A stretch of DNA of 64,000 nucleotides from an uncultured Rikenellaceae bacterium (GTDB taxonomy: Bacteria; Bacteroidota; Bacteroidia; Bacteroidales; VadinHA17). The notes beneath the pieces are model-generated. The model did no database searches. It was not told where the DNA came from and saw nothing but the letters and a program-made list of their open reading frames with translations. Both the position numbers and the translations under genes were made by a program. Below, in pieces: positions 18,323 to 28,662 of this stretch; positions within the stretch are counted from its first letter, which is position 1; every line of letters begins with the position of its first letter. The DNA lies in NCBI GenBank assembly GCA_964577305.1, contig CAZNYS010000011.1, positions 1,507-65,506 of the forward strand. Reading direction: 5' to 3'.

Positions 18323-20962
18323 ATGAAAACAAAGCTATATCCTTTAATGGCCTTTTTTTTTCTTTCTGTCATATCATGTAATAATAGACATCTTATTAAA
18401 GACAGTGAATACCTGGACAAATTGAATAATAAATTCCTAGAACGAAGAGAACTATTTTCGGGCAGGGATAACCAATTGTTCTCAGTTTTTGACCAGGATC
18501 TAAGCCAGGAGGAATCAGAAGCTTTGAAGTTTCTTTTTGCATACATGCCCCTATGTGATGTGGCTGACTATAATGGCAGGTTTTTCCTTGACAATATAAG
18601 ATTATCACTTAAAGTGCGGGAGCAGACAAAATGGGGTAACAGTATACCTGAAAACATTTATCTCCATTATGTTCTGCCCCTGAGAGTGAACAATGAAAAC
18701 CTTGACTCCTTCAGGATAGCTTATTATGATGAAATTCTTGACCGCATTGGCAACTGTAAAAGCATAGAAGAAGCGGCACTTGAAATTAATCACTGGTGCC
18801 ATGAAAAGGTATCTTATCAGCCTGCCGATATCAGGACTTCGGCACCTATGGCTACTATTTTATCGGCCAGGGGGAGGTGTGGAGAAGAATCTACCTTTAC
18901 AGTAGCGGCTTTACGTACTGCCGGTATCCCTGCCCGACAGATTTATACCCCGAGATGGGCTCATAGCGATGATAACCATGCATGGGTTGAAGTATGGGTA
19001 AATAGCGAATGGAAATACCTTGGGGCATGTGAGCCTGAACCTGTGCTCGACCGTGGCTGGTTCACCGAGCCGGCACGAAGGGCAATGCTCACACATACAA
19101 AGGCTTTTGGCTTGTACAGGGGTGATGAAAGCCTGGTAAAAAACGGAAAGAACTATTCAGAGATAAACACTCTGTCAAAGTATGCAAGGACAAAAATAAT
19201 CAGCATAAAAGTTATTGATCCTGATCAAAATGTTGTTGACAGAGCATTGGTAGAACCCAGACTCTATAATTATGCTGAATTTTATCCTCTGGCAGAAATT
19301 CAAACTGCTGAAAATGGCTTGTGTCAGTTCGAAACAGGACTGGGGGATCTTATAATATGGGCACGTAAAGACAACTGCTTCGGCTTTAAAAAGATAACAG
19401 TTGCTGAGACAGATACCGTGATAATAACACTTGGAACACATGCTGATATAAAAGATTATTATGAATTTGATATGCAGGCACCTTTAAAGCACACACCTTA
19501 TCCTGATACACTTTCAGAGCAGTTGAAAATTATAAATAAGGAAAGACTGAGAAAGGAAGACAGTATACGTCATGCTTATATTGATACATGGATGGATGAT
19601 AAACAGGCAGTGGAGCTTGCTGTTGCAATGGGACTTGATACCATGCAGGTAAAGGATATAATACACAGAAGCATGGGTAATTATAAAGAGATATCCCGGA
19701 TGATCAGGTCAACACCAAAGGAATACAGTGATATCCTCATGGAACTGCTTGAAGTTATTTCTGATAAGGACCTGAGAGATACCAGGGCATCTGTTCTTGA
19801 AGATCATCTGCTTAATGTAACAGGCTATTTAATCTCAGATGACTATCCTGAAGAAATATTTGCAGAATATGTTCTGAATCCACGTATATCATTTGAAATA
19901 ATAAAACCATGGAGATCATATATTCGTGGCTATTTTGAAAGTGAGACAGCTGATGCATTCATACGGAATCCTTATATGCTTGCTGACTGGATAGTTGCTA
20001 ATATAAAACTGACCAGTGAGGCAAATTATTATAATGTACCCGTATGCCCGGCTGGAGTGCTTGAGACCTGTTATGCCGATGTGCTCTCCCGTAATATACT
20101 GTTCATTGCATGCTGCAGATCTTATGGCATTCCGGCGAGGATTGAGCAAGGAACCAGGATACCTCAATTTTACCATAAAGGTATGTGGAATGATGTGCAT
20201 TTTGATGATAATAAATATGAAGGAAGGGAGGATGCTTATCTTGCTTTTTCTTATGAGGGAGGCATTCCGGTACCTGAGTATTATATTCATTTCATCCTGG
20301 CAAGATTTGAAAAAGGCAGATATATTACACTGGATTACGATTATAACAGGAAAATAACTTCATTTGATGGTTATTTGTCCCTGCCGGAAGGAAAATATAT
20401 GCTTGTTACTGGAAACAGAACAGATGAATTAACTGTCCTGAGTTCTGTTAGATTTTTTGATCTCGAAGCAGGAGAAAGGAAAACAGTTAAAATAGAATTG
20501 AGAAAGCAGATAAAACCTGCCCTGGTAATGGGAAAAATTGACCTTGACCAGGCTTTTGAACATGATAGTATCAAAAGAAACCTGGCAGCTTACGCAGACA
20601 CTGGACTAATAATTATATGGATAGATAATGATAAGGAACCAAGTAAACATATACTTAACGATATACCCCTTGTTAGGAAAGAATTTGATGAGCTGGGTTG
20701 CCAGCTTATTTTTCTGTCCGCCCCTTTCTTAAAAAGCGCTTCATATAAGCCTGAACTGGTCAAAGGATTACCGGGAAAATCATTGTTTGGTTTTGATGAG
20801 GATCTGAGTATACTCAAATCTGTTTATGGAAGATCACCCACTGAAATTCAAATGCCGTTCGTTTTGTATACTGATAATCACGGCAATATTTATTATAAGT
20901 CTGAAGGCTATCGTATAGGTATAGGAGAACAAATTCTGAAAAGTATTTTAAACAGTAAATAA
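18323..20962 (+). CDS. Transglutaminase-core (papain-like Cys/His/Asp) domain lipoprotein
   Basis: Lipobox LSVISC. Transglutaminase-like core GRCGEESTFTVAALRTAGIPARQIYTPRWAHSDDNHAWVEVW. Confidence 0.7.
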   Translation: MKTKLYPLMAFFFLSVISCNNRHLIKDSEYLDKLNNKFLERRELFSGRDNQLFSVFDQDLSQEESEALKFLFAYMPLCDVADYNGRFFLDNIRLSLKVREQTKWGNSIPENIYLHYVLPLRVNNENLDSFRIAYYDEILDRIGNCKSIEEAALEINHWCHEKVSYQPADIRTSAPMATILSARGRCGEESTFTVAALRTAGIPARQIYTPRWAHSDDNHAWVEVWVNSEWKYLGACEPEPVLDRGWFTEPARRAMLTHTKAFGLYRGDESLVKNGKNYSEINTLSKYARTKIISIKVIDPDQNVVDRALVEPRLYNYAEFYPLAEIQTAENGLCQFETGLGDLIIWARKDNCFGFKKITVAETDTVIITLGTHADIKDYYEFDMQAPLKHTPYPDTLSEQLKIINKERLRKEDSIRHAYIDTWMDDKQAVELAVAMGLDTMQVKDIIHRSMGNYKEISRMIRSTPKEYSDILMELLEVISDKDLRDTRASVLEDHLLNVTGYLISDDYPEEIFAEYVLNPRISFEIIKPWRSYIRGYFESETADAFIRNPYMLADWIVANIKLTSEANYYNVPVCPAGVLETCYADVLSRNILFIACCRSYGIPARIEQGTRIPQFYHKGMWNDVHFDDNKYEGREDAYLAFSYEGGIPVPEYYIHFILARFEKGRYITLDYDYNRKITSFDGYLSLPEGKYMLVTGNRTDELTVLSSVRFFDLEAGERKTVKIELRKQIKPALVMGKIDLDQAFEHDSIKRNLAAYADTGLIIIWIDNDKEPSKHILNDIPLVRKEFDELGCQLIFLSAPFLKSASYKPELVKGLPGKSLFGFDEDLSILKSVYGRSPTEIQMPFVLYTDNHGNIYYKSEGYRIGIGEQILKSILNSK

Positions 20963-20963
20963 T

Positions 20964-23165
20964 ATGAAGAAGCTCAATATCATTATTTTACTGATTCTCT
21001 TAATGATTATCGGTTCCTGTAATAATAAACAAGGTTTTGAACCGGTTAACTATGTTGATCCATTTATAGGTACAGCATATCACGGCCATGTATTCCCGGG
21101 GGCAACAGTGCCTTTCGGAATGGTTCAGCTGAGCCCTGATAATGGGACCAATGGATGGGACTGGTGTTCAGGTTATCATTATTCTGATACCGTAATTGCC
21201 GGATTTGGACATACCCATCTTTCAGGAACGGGTATAGGTGATCTGACCGATATTGTATTCCTGCCATCAATGAACGAATTCAAAGAAGGATACAGCGATG
21301 AAAGATCATCCATTGCTCAAGAAAACAGGTCTTCATTCAGTCATGATAACGAAGAAGCAGAACCAGGATATTATTCTGTAAAGCTGGATAATGGAGTAAC
21401 TGTTTGTCTTACAGCTACTAAAAGAGCAGGTTTCCAGAAATATATTGCTGAACGTGACGGTATAATGAATATACTTCTTGACCTGGGCTTTGCTATAAAC
21501 TGGGATAGACCTGTTGAATGCTCTGTCGTATTTGACGGGGATATGCTGAAGGGTAAAAGGATATCAACAGGCTGGGCATCCCGGCAGTACCAGTATTTCG
21601 CTACCATGTTTTCCGAGGAACCTGTAATGGTTAAAGGGATTAAAGAAGGAAAATTCAGTGACAATCTAACAGTCGAAGGCGAAAAGGCAGGTATGATACT
21701 GTCATTCAATGTTCAGAAAGGAGATGAGATCCTGGTCAAGACAGGTCTTTCAGCAGTGGATGAAGAAGGAGCTGAAAAAAACCTGCAAACAGAAATTCCC
21801 GGATGGGATTTTAACCGGGTCAGAAAATCAGCATCGTCTGAATGGAATAAGGAATTATCGGTTATTAATGCTTCTGTAAGCGATCCTGAAGTGCTTAAAG
21901 TGTTTTATACAGCCATGTATCATAGCATGATTGCTCCATATATCTATTCAGACCTTGACGGTCGCTACAGGGGAGCAGATGGTAAAATTCACCAATCTGA
22001 TAAATTTACCAACTATACAGTTTTCTCATTATGGGATACCTTCAGGGCAGCTCATCCTTTATTTACCGTGGTGCAGCCTGGGAGGGTAGCTGATATGATA
22101 AATGCTATGCTGAATATTTACCTTGAGCAGGGGAAACTCCCGGTCTGGTCGCTCATGGCTAATGAGACGAATACAATGATAGGATATCATTCAGTGCCGG
22201 TAATTGCTGATGCTATAACAAAAGGGATAGAAGGTTTTGATTATGAACTTGCCTTTGAAGCTGCGAAACATTCATCATTGCTTGATTTTGAGGGCCTTGA
22301 TCATTTCAGGGAATACGGATATATACCGGCTGACCTGGAAAATGAATCTGTATCAAAAACACTTGAATATTGTTATGACGACTGGTGTATAGCACAGATG
22401 GCCATGATTCTCGGTAAAGAAGAGGAATATGATCAATATATAAAACGGTCAGCTTATTACAAAAACCTGTTTGATGCTGAAACAGGCTTTATACGGGGAA
22501 AATTATCAGACGGCAGATGGAAAATCCCATTTGACCCCTTATATTCCAGCCATCGCCAGGATGAATATACAGAGGGGAATGCATGGCAATACACATGGTT
22601 TGTGCCTCATGATGTAAACGGCCTGGCAGAATTGATGGGTGGCAAATCCCTGCTTCTTCAGAAACTGGATTCCCTGTTCCTTCAGGAAGAAGGGGTAACA
22701 GGAGAAAATGCATCCTCGGATATTTCAGGCCTGATAGGAGCGTATGCACATGGTAATGAACCCGGACATCATACCGCTTATATGTTCAGTATGGCAGGTA
22801 AACCTCACAGGACAGGGGAAATTGTGCGAAGAATTATGACCGAGATGTACCATACCGGAAAAGATGGTTTATGCGGTAACGAGGACTGCGGAGAGATGTC
22901 AGCCTGGTATGTATTTTCAGCTTTGGGATTATATCCTTTCAACCCTGCTGACGGAAAATACGTGTTTGGCAGCCCCCTGCTCGATGAAGCTGTTATAAGC
23001 CTTCCGGAAAATAAGGTATTTATTATAAGAGCTGTAAACAATAGTCCTGCAAATCTATACGTTAGCAGTGTTTCATTAAACGGTGAAGTCATTAACCGTA
23101 ACTACATAAGCCATGAAGAACTTATGGCCGGCGGATTACTGGTTTTTACAATGAGTAATGAATAA
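20964..23165 (+). CDS. GH92 family alpha-mannosidase (lipoprotein)
   Basis: Lipobox IIGSC. GH92 motifs GHTHLSGTG, GNEPGHHTAYMF and NEDCGEMSAWYVFSALGLYP. Confidence 0.85.
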   Translation: MKKLNIIILLILLMIIGSCNNKQGFEPVNYVDPFIGTAYHGHVFPGATVPFGMVQLSPDNGTNGWDWCSGYHYSDTVIAGFGHTHLSGTGIGDLTDIVFLPSMNEFKEGYSDERSSIAQENRSSFSHDNEEAEPGYYSVKLDNGVTVCLTATKRAGFQKYIAERDGIMNILLDLGFAINWDRPVECSVVFDGDMLKGKRISTGWASRQYQYFATMFSEEPVMVKGIKEGKFSDNLTVEGEKAGMILSFNVQKGDEILVKTGLSAVDEEGAEKNLQTEIPGWDFNRVRKSASSEWNKELSVINASVSDPEVLKVFYTAMYHSMIAPYIYSDLDGRYRGADGKIHQSDKFTNYTVFSLWDTFRAAHPLFTVVQPGRVADMINAMLNIYLEQGKLPVWSLMANETNTMIGYHSVPVIADAITKGIEGFDYELAFEAAKHSSLLDFEGLDHFREYGYIPADLENESVSKTLEYCYDDWCIAQMAMILGKEEEYDQYIKRSAYYKNLFDAETGFIRGKLSDGRWKIPFDPLYSSHRQDEYTEGNAWQYTWFVPHDVNGLAELMGGKSLLLQKLDSLFLQEEGVTGENASSDISGLIGAYAHGNEPGHHTAYMFSMAGKPHRTGEIVRRIMTEMYHTGKDGLCGNEDCGEMSAWYVFSALGLYPFNPADGKYVFGSPLLDEAVISLPENKVFIIRAVNNSPANLYVSSVSLNGEVINRNYISHEELMAGGLLVFTMSNE

Positions 23166-25413
23166 CCCTGCATATTGGCAGGTACCGGGTTTTATTATGA
23201 ATACTTATTTCCCCATATCACACAATATTTCAGGCCAGTGCTGGTTTATTACCAAGTGTTTGATATTTAACATGTTACTAGCCTTATCATTTAATGGATT
23301 CTCCCAGATAGTATATAGCCCCGGATGGCCAGATAAAGATAAAATAGTCTTTTCCAATGCCATACTGAAGGAAATATACTTTGACAATAATGTAATCGAC
23401 AGTATGCGTATCGCATTCTACGAAATCCCGGGAAATACAACATTTGCTGTTAAACGTGCTGTCAATTATACTCCTGAAAACTCAGGAAAGGTGATCAAAA
23501 ATGAAGCAGGGGAGAGGGTTTGGTATCTCAGGATCAGATCTAAAGGTGCAAAATCTCTTAATATCATATTCAGTGATTACAGGCTGCTGAAAGATGAAAA
23601 AGTTTTTGTTTATGATAACATGATGCAATCACTTAGAGGTCCTTTTACATGGCGTAACAATAAACTGGCAGGTGGGCTGGCAATCATTCCTGTTGCAGGT
23701 GAAGAAATCATTGTTGAATATCATATGAAAGCTCCTTACGGGAACAATCGTCTGGAGATAGGGCAGGTAGCATATGATTATATAGGAATAATGGGTCAGG
23801 ATCAGTCAAAGGATATATATTACGGTAATTCCCAGCCCTGTAATGTTGATATCATCTGTGAGTCAGGTGATGAATGGCAGGTAGAGAAAAATTCAGTGGT
23901 AAGAATAATTGCAGGTGGAACGGAGCTGGGTAGCGGTTTCCTGGTAAATAATACAAGAGGTGAAAATCTGGCTTTTGTTGTAACGGCTAATCACGTAATA
24001 AGAACTCCGGAGAATGCAATAAATTCAATCTATGTATTCAGGTATGAAAGTCCATATTGCGATGGCCCGGATGGGTTAACAGATTACAGCCTGTCAGGAG
24101 CCGAGATGATGGCCGAGGATACAAGCACTGACTTTACAATAGTCAGGCTTGATGATTTTCCTCCTATCACATACAAGCCATATCTGGCAGGCTGGGATGT
24201 CAGAGGCGTAATACCGGCCAGCACCGTTACTATTCACCATCCTTCAGGAGATGTTAAAAAAATCAGTACCGACAATGACTCTCCTGTTATTGCTACATTT
24301 CAGGACTTGTACCAGAACGGGTTCTGGAAAGTGCTGCAATGGGATGAAGGAACTACCGAAGGAGGTTCATCAGGATCCCCATTATTCGATCAGAACCACA
24401 GGGTGGTTGGTTTTCTTACAGGAGGTGAAGCAGTATGTGGGAACAGTGTGAATGACTATTTTGCACGTCTGGATGTAGCTTATGACATCAGTCCTGATAT
24501 TCATAAAAGCCTGAAACCATGGCTCGATCCTGCAAGGTCCGGCTTACAGGTACTTGATGGTCGAGACCCATACGGGGAGATTAAGTCAGAATTTGATACC
24601 CTGTGTAATTGTGCCGGAGATGAGCGGGACCTTACTGAATATGAACTCCCCGGTACAGGGTATACAACCGGATTTAACAGTGACAGTATAATAATGTATG
24701 CAGAGAAATTTACTGTAGATGCAGGGAAGGAGATTACAGAGGTGATAATGGAAATAGGCGACCGCAGACTCATTCAGAATAATGACAGTATTACAATATT
24801 TATTATGTCCGGAATTACAAAGCCAGAATCGGTTATAGCCCGCCGTTCAATATTTATCAGGGAAGCCCTGGATTCCTCTGATTTACACTTCGACTTTTTT
24901 ACTTCTATACCGCTGCCCGAGGTATTTTTTGTTACCTGGCACCTGTGGTACAGGGAGCAGGCTCAGGATGAACAGCAACAATTCGCTGTTTTTCACGGGG
25001 CACCTGTAAGTATTTCTGAGAACACAGCATATTTCAAAGACCTGATAAACTGGTATCCGTTTTATGATCATCCATACCAGCCTGATGCGTTGAATTTATG
25101 CGTTAAGGTAATTACTGCTGATAGTACTTTATATACTAATATTGATATCGTTCCCGAAAATAAAGAAATGGGATATATATATCCCAATCCGGTTTCTCAA
25201 ATACTGAAGATAAAAATGCTGGATAAAAATCTTGGTGAGATCAGGTATTCAGTAATTGATTATTCAGGAATAACAGCCATTGAAGGATATTTTCAAAACA
25301 ATGGTTCGGGATCTGTTTTTGAGCTCGATGTGTCAACACTCCATCCAGGTATATATTACCTAACACTTGAGAATGATTATAGTTATGCTGTTTACAAACT
25401 GATCAGAAAATAG
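23158..25413 (+). CDS. Secreted trypsin-fold serine endopeptidase with a T9SS C-terminal sorting domain
   Basis: Triad contexts VVTANHVI (His), DFTIVRLD (Asp) and EGGSSGSPLF (Ser). C-terminal Por/T9SS tail YIYPNPVSQILKIKM...GIYYLTLEN. The true start may be the ATG at 23197. Confidence 0.8.
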   Translation: MNNPAYWQVPGFIMNTYFPISHNISGQCWFITKCLIFNMLLALSFNGFSQIVYSPGWPDKDKIVFSNAILKEIYFDNNVIDSMRIAFYEIPGNTTFAVKRAVNYTPENSGKVIKNEAGERVWYLRIRSKGAKSLNIIFSDYRLLKDEKVFVYDNMMQSLRGPFTWRNNKLAGGLAIIPVAGEEIIVEYHMKAPYGNNRLEIGQVAYDYIGIMGQDQSKDIYYGNSQPCNVDIICESGDEWQVEKNSVVRIIAGGTELGSGFLVNNTRGENLAFVVTANHVIRTPENAINSIYVFRYESPYCDGPDGLTDYSLSGAEMMAEDTSTDFTIVRLDDFPPITYKPYLAGWDVRGVIPASTVTIHHPSGDVKKISTDNDSPVIATFQDLYQNGFWKVLQWDEGTTEGGSSGSPLFDQNHRVVGFLTGGEAVCGNSVNDYFARLDVAYDISPDIHKSLKPWLDPARSGLQVLDGRDPYGEIKSEFDTLCNCAGDERDLTEYELPGTGYTTGFNSDSIIMYAEKFTVDAGKEITEVIMEIGDRRLIQNNDSITIFIMSGITKPESVIARRSIFIREALDSSDLHFDFFTSIPLPEVFFVTWHLWYREQAQDEQQQFAVFHGAPVSISENTAYFKDLINWYPFYDHPYQPDALNLCVKVITADSTLYTNIDIVPENKEMGYIYPNPVSQILKIKMLDKNLGEIRYSVIDYSGITAIEGYFQNNGSGSVFELDVSTLHPGIYYLTLENDYSYAVYKLIRK

Positions 25414-25416
25414 TAT

Positions 25417-26586
25417 ATGAGGTATGCAAAGACTGTAATATTGGGTGTAATAATACTGTTATCCTGTTGTAAAACAGGGCCTCCCGATAAGACCACAACT
25501 GGGGATGGTACAAATAATGAATATTCAGATCGTTTTATTATTAAAAAATTTAACGGGTACAGTAAACTAACAGTGATAGATCCGTGGCAGGGTGCGAATG
25601 ACCGGCATATTGACTATTATATTTCAGACGATATTTCACAAATACCTGCCGGTGCAGAAAGATCAAAAATTATTATTAGACCGGTTAAATCAATAGTGTG
25701 TACATCTACAACTCATATTGCTATGCTGGATGCTCTTCACGGAATAGAACTGGTAAAGGGAGTCTCGGGTACCGGCTTTGTTTATAATGAAAAACTCAGA
25801 AGCAGGATAGATAAAGGTATGGTATATGATATAGGATACGAGAACGGTTATAATACAGAGTTGATATACAGTATTGATCCTGATATAGTTATAGTGTACG
25901 GTGTTGGTAGTGAATCAGTTCCAGCCTTCAGCAGGCTTGCAGATATGGGTATCCCTGTTTTGTATATTGCCGACTACCTTGAGAATCACCCCCTGGCCAG
26001 GACTGAATGGATAAAGGTATTTGGCGAGTTACTTGATAAGCAGGATATGGCTGAAAGAATATTCCGCTCCGTCAGCAATGAATATAAAGGTATAGTGAAA
26101 AAGATAGATAATGAAGGTAAGTCAAAGCCTGATGTGTTGTTAGGATTACCTTTCAAGGATAAATGGTTCGTTTCACCAGGTAATTCATACATTTCCAGAT
26201 TAATAGAAGATGCAGGCGGCAAATATTTATGGGCTGAATCAAAATCGGATGTTTCCATCCCCATGAGCCTTGAGGCAGTCTGTCAGAAAGCCATGGATGC
26301 AGATGTATGGCTTAATGCAGGTGTTGCCCGATCAATTAATGATATTCGAATGGTCGATCCAAGGCTGGCTGATTTACCGGTTGCATCCGAAGGCTCAGTG
26401 TTTAATAACAACAGGAGGTTAAATAAATATGGAGGTAACGACTACTGGGAATCGGGTATTGTTAATCCACATCTTTTGTTAAAAGATATTGCCAGTATAC
26501 TTAACCCTGATGTCTTCCCGGGGCATGAACTTATATATTATACTGAATTGAAAGACGAATCAGATAGCACGGATGATAATGAATAA
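25417..26586 (+). CDS. ABC transporter substrate-binding lipoprotein (FecB/BtuF-type; iron-complex or corrinoid)
   Basis: Lipobox LLSCC. Class-III/8 PBP-like layout. Followed by a FecCD permease and an ATPase. Confidence 0.7.
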   Translation: MRYAKTVILGVIILLSCCKTGPPDKTTTGDGTNNEYSDRFIIKKFNGYSKLTVIDPWQGANDRHIDYYISDDISQIPAGAERSKIIIRPVKSIVCTSTTHIAMLDALHGIELVKGVSGTGFVYNEKLRSRIDKGMVYDIGYENGYNTELIYSIDPDIVIVYGVGSESVPAFSRLADMGIPVLYIADYLENHPLARTEWIKVFGELLDKQDMAERIFRSVSNEYKGIVKKIDNEGKSKPDVLLGLPFKDKWFVSPGNSYISRLIEDAGGKYLWAESKSDVSIPMSLEAVCQKAMDADVWLNAGVARSINDIRMVDPRLADLPVASEGSVFNNNRRLNKYGGNDYWESGIVNPHLLLKDIASILNPDVFPGHELIYYTELKDESDSTDDNE

Positions 26587-27637
26587 TAGTAACAATAAGC
26601 AGAATAGAGAGGTGACAATTCCACGCTCATATATTTTTATAATGCTTGGTATAGTATTAATTACATTATTCGTTGTTGATCTGTTAACAGGATCTGTTAT
26701 TATAAGCCTGGGTGATTTGGCAAGGGTTTTATCAGGGAAAGGGGACAGGGATATCATAAATATATTGTATGATTTCAGGCTACCCAGGGCTCTCACGGCC
26801 TTGATCGCGGGCATGGCACTATCGGTGAGCGGACTGCAGATGCAGACAGTCTTCCGTAATCCTCTGGCCGGGCCGTATGTTCTTGGTATCAGTTCAGGAG
26901 CAAGTCTTGGTGTTGCCATCCTGATACTTGGATTGTCATCTGTTATTTCTGTTAATATTTCAATGGTGTTCAATAGCTGGGCAATCGTTGGAGCAGCCTG
27001 GCTCGGATCAGGGCTGGTACTGGTGCTGATAATGATAGTGTCAGTCAGGGTAAGAGATATTATGACAGTGCTAATCCTGGGAATTATGTTTGCAAGTGCA
27101 GTCTCTGCCATTGTCAGCATTATGCAGTATTTCAGTGATGAATCTATGTTGAAATCATTCGTTATATGGACCATGGGTAGCCTGGGAAACCTGTCATGGC
27201 AGCAGTTGAATATATTGATTATATGTGTTATTGCAGGATTATTCCTGAGTATAAATACTACCAAGATGCTCAATGCACTACTGCTGGGCGAGGAACATGC
27301 AAGGAGTTTAGGGCTCAGACTTCGAACGGCTAGGATACTGATCTTTTTAAGCACAAGCATATTGGCTGGCAGCGTAACAGCTTTCTGTGGGCCTCTTGCA
27401 TTTATAGGAATAGCTGTTCCCCATATCTGCCGCCTGGTTTTTGCCACCTCGTCGCATAACTACCTCATACCTGGCACCATATTGGTTGGGAGCATCGCCC
27501 TGCTGACAAGCGATATTATCAGCCAGCTTCCGGGGAGCGGCAAAATACTGCCGGTTAACTCGGTGACTGCGTTAATTGGTATACCGGTGCTTATATGGAT
27601 AATCATACGGAGAAATAAATTTATCAGGCTTTCATAA
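26573..27637 (+). CDS. FecCD-family ABC transporter permease
   Basis: Highly hydrophobic multi-TM protein with FecCD-type motifs (RLPRALTALIAGMALSVSGLQMQ, NPLAGPYVLGISSGA). Overlaps the upstream gene by 14 nt. Confidence 0.85.
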   Translation: MIMNNSNNKQNREVTIPRSYIFIMLGIVLITLFVVDLLTGSVIISLGDLARVLSGKGDRDIINILYDFRLPRALTALIAGMALSVSGLQMQTVFRNPLAGPYVLGISSGASLGVAILILGLSSVISVNISMVFNSWAIVGAAWLGSGLVLVLIMIVSVRVRDIMTVLILGIMFASAVSAIVSIMQYFSDESMLKSFVIWTMGSLGNLSWQQLNILIICVIAGLFLSINTTKMLNALLLGEEHARSLGLRLRTARILIFLSTSILAGSVTAFCGPLAFIGIAVPHICRLVFATSSHNYLIPGTILVGSIALLTSDIISQLPGSGKILPVNSVTALIGIPVLIWIIIRRNKFIRLS

Positions 27638-28656
27638 TGGCTTTTAATGATGACATATTAAATTTAGAGTTACTCTGTATAGGTTATAATGCCGGCACAA
27701 GGAATGAAAAAGTATTATTGCCACCCTTAAATTTATCTGTAAGGAAGGGTGAGATGGTTGCTTTACTCGGACCTAATGGAATAGGTAAAAGCACATTATT
27801 GCGAACAATAGCCCGGTTACATCCAAGGATAAATGGAGAAATAAAGCTTTCAAACCAAAAACTTGAACACTATTTAAACTCAGAGCTTGCCAGGAAAATA
27901 AGCTTTGTCTTCACAGGTGGTATAAATGTATATAATATGTCGGTTTTTGAGATTGTTTCATTGGGCCGTTTTCCCCATACAAACTGGCTGGGTCGGCTGA
28001 CTAAGTCTGACAGGTTCATTGTTGAGAGATCTATTAACGCAGTGGGACTGGCGAAATACTCCGGTAGTAATATAGGGGAATTATCGGACGGTGAAATACA
28101 GAGAGCAATGATAGCCAGGGCACTGGCCCAGGACACAGAGCTTATTGTGCTGGATGAGCCAACTGCTTTCCTTGATCTTCCCAACAGATATGAACTGGTC
28201 TCATTGCTCAGAAAATTGTCTGTAGAAAGTAATAAATCAGTTATTTTCTCTTCTCATGATATCCATATTGCAATACGTGAGGCTGATAAAGTGTGGCTGG
28301 CAACCAGGGATGGCATTGTGCAGGATTCTCCCGAAGATCTTGCACTGTCAGGAACATTCAATCATCTTTTTCCTGATTCAGACCTTAGCTTTGTACCCGG
28401 TGAAGGTGTTTTTAAATATCCAGTGCGTACCAGGATGACAATAAAACTTGAAGGTAAAGGCCTGGTCCTGTACTGGACTGAGAGAGCTTTGAACAGGCTG
28501 GGCATCAAAGCAAAACCCGGTGAGGGAAGCCCATCTGTTACAATTTTATCGGATGAGGGTAAATATACATGGGTATATGAGAGTTCAGTAGTGAAAAAAC
28601 AGTTTGCTGATATCTATAACCTTATTCTTTATATGAAAGAAGTACTGAAAGGATAA
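27637..28656 (+). CDS. ABC transporter ATP-binding protein (FepC/BtuD-like) with a C-terminal extension of about 90 aa
   Basis: Walker A GPNGIGKST, signature LSDGEIQR, Walker B LIVLDEPTAFLD. The start codon overlaps the permease stop codon (TAATG). Confidence 0.85.
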   Translation: MAFNDDILNLELLCIGYNAGTRNEKVLLPPLNLSVRKGEMVALLGPNGIGKSTLLRTIARLHPRINGEIKLSNQKLEHYLNSELARKISFVFTGGINVYNMSVFEIVSLGRFPHTNWLGRLTKSDRFIVERSINAVGLAKYSGSNIGELSDGEIQRAMIARALAQDTELIVLDEPTAFLDLPNRYELVSLLRKLSVESNKSVIFSSHDIHIAIREADKVWLATRDGIVQDSPEDLALSGTFNHLFPDSDLSFVPGEGVFKYPVRTRMTIKLEGKGLVLYWTERALNRLGIKAKPGEGSPSVTILSDEGKYTWVYESSVVKKQFADIYNLILYMKEVLKG

Positions 28657-28662
28657 TCTTGC

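Noticed and set aside
25380-25420. Looked for a cobalamin or other riboswitch ahead of the FecB/BtuF-type ABC importer
   Set aside because: Only 3 nt separate the protease stop codon from the transporter start codon. There is no room for a leader, and no B12-box-like sequence was seen.
26560-27447. 295-aa minus-strand ORF
   Set aside because: It lies entirely antisense to the FecCD permease gene, which has clear family motifs. Its composition mirrors that of a hydrophobic membrane protein, so it is a shadow ORF.
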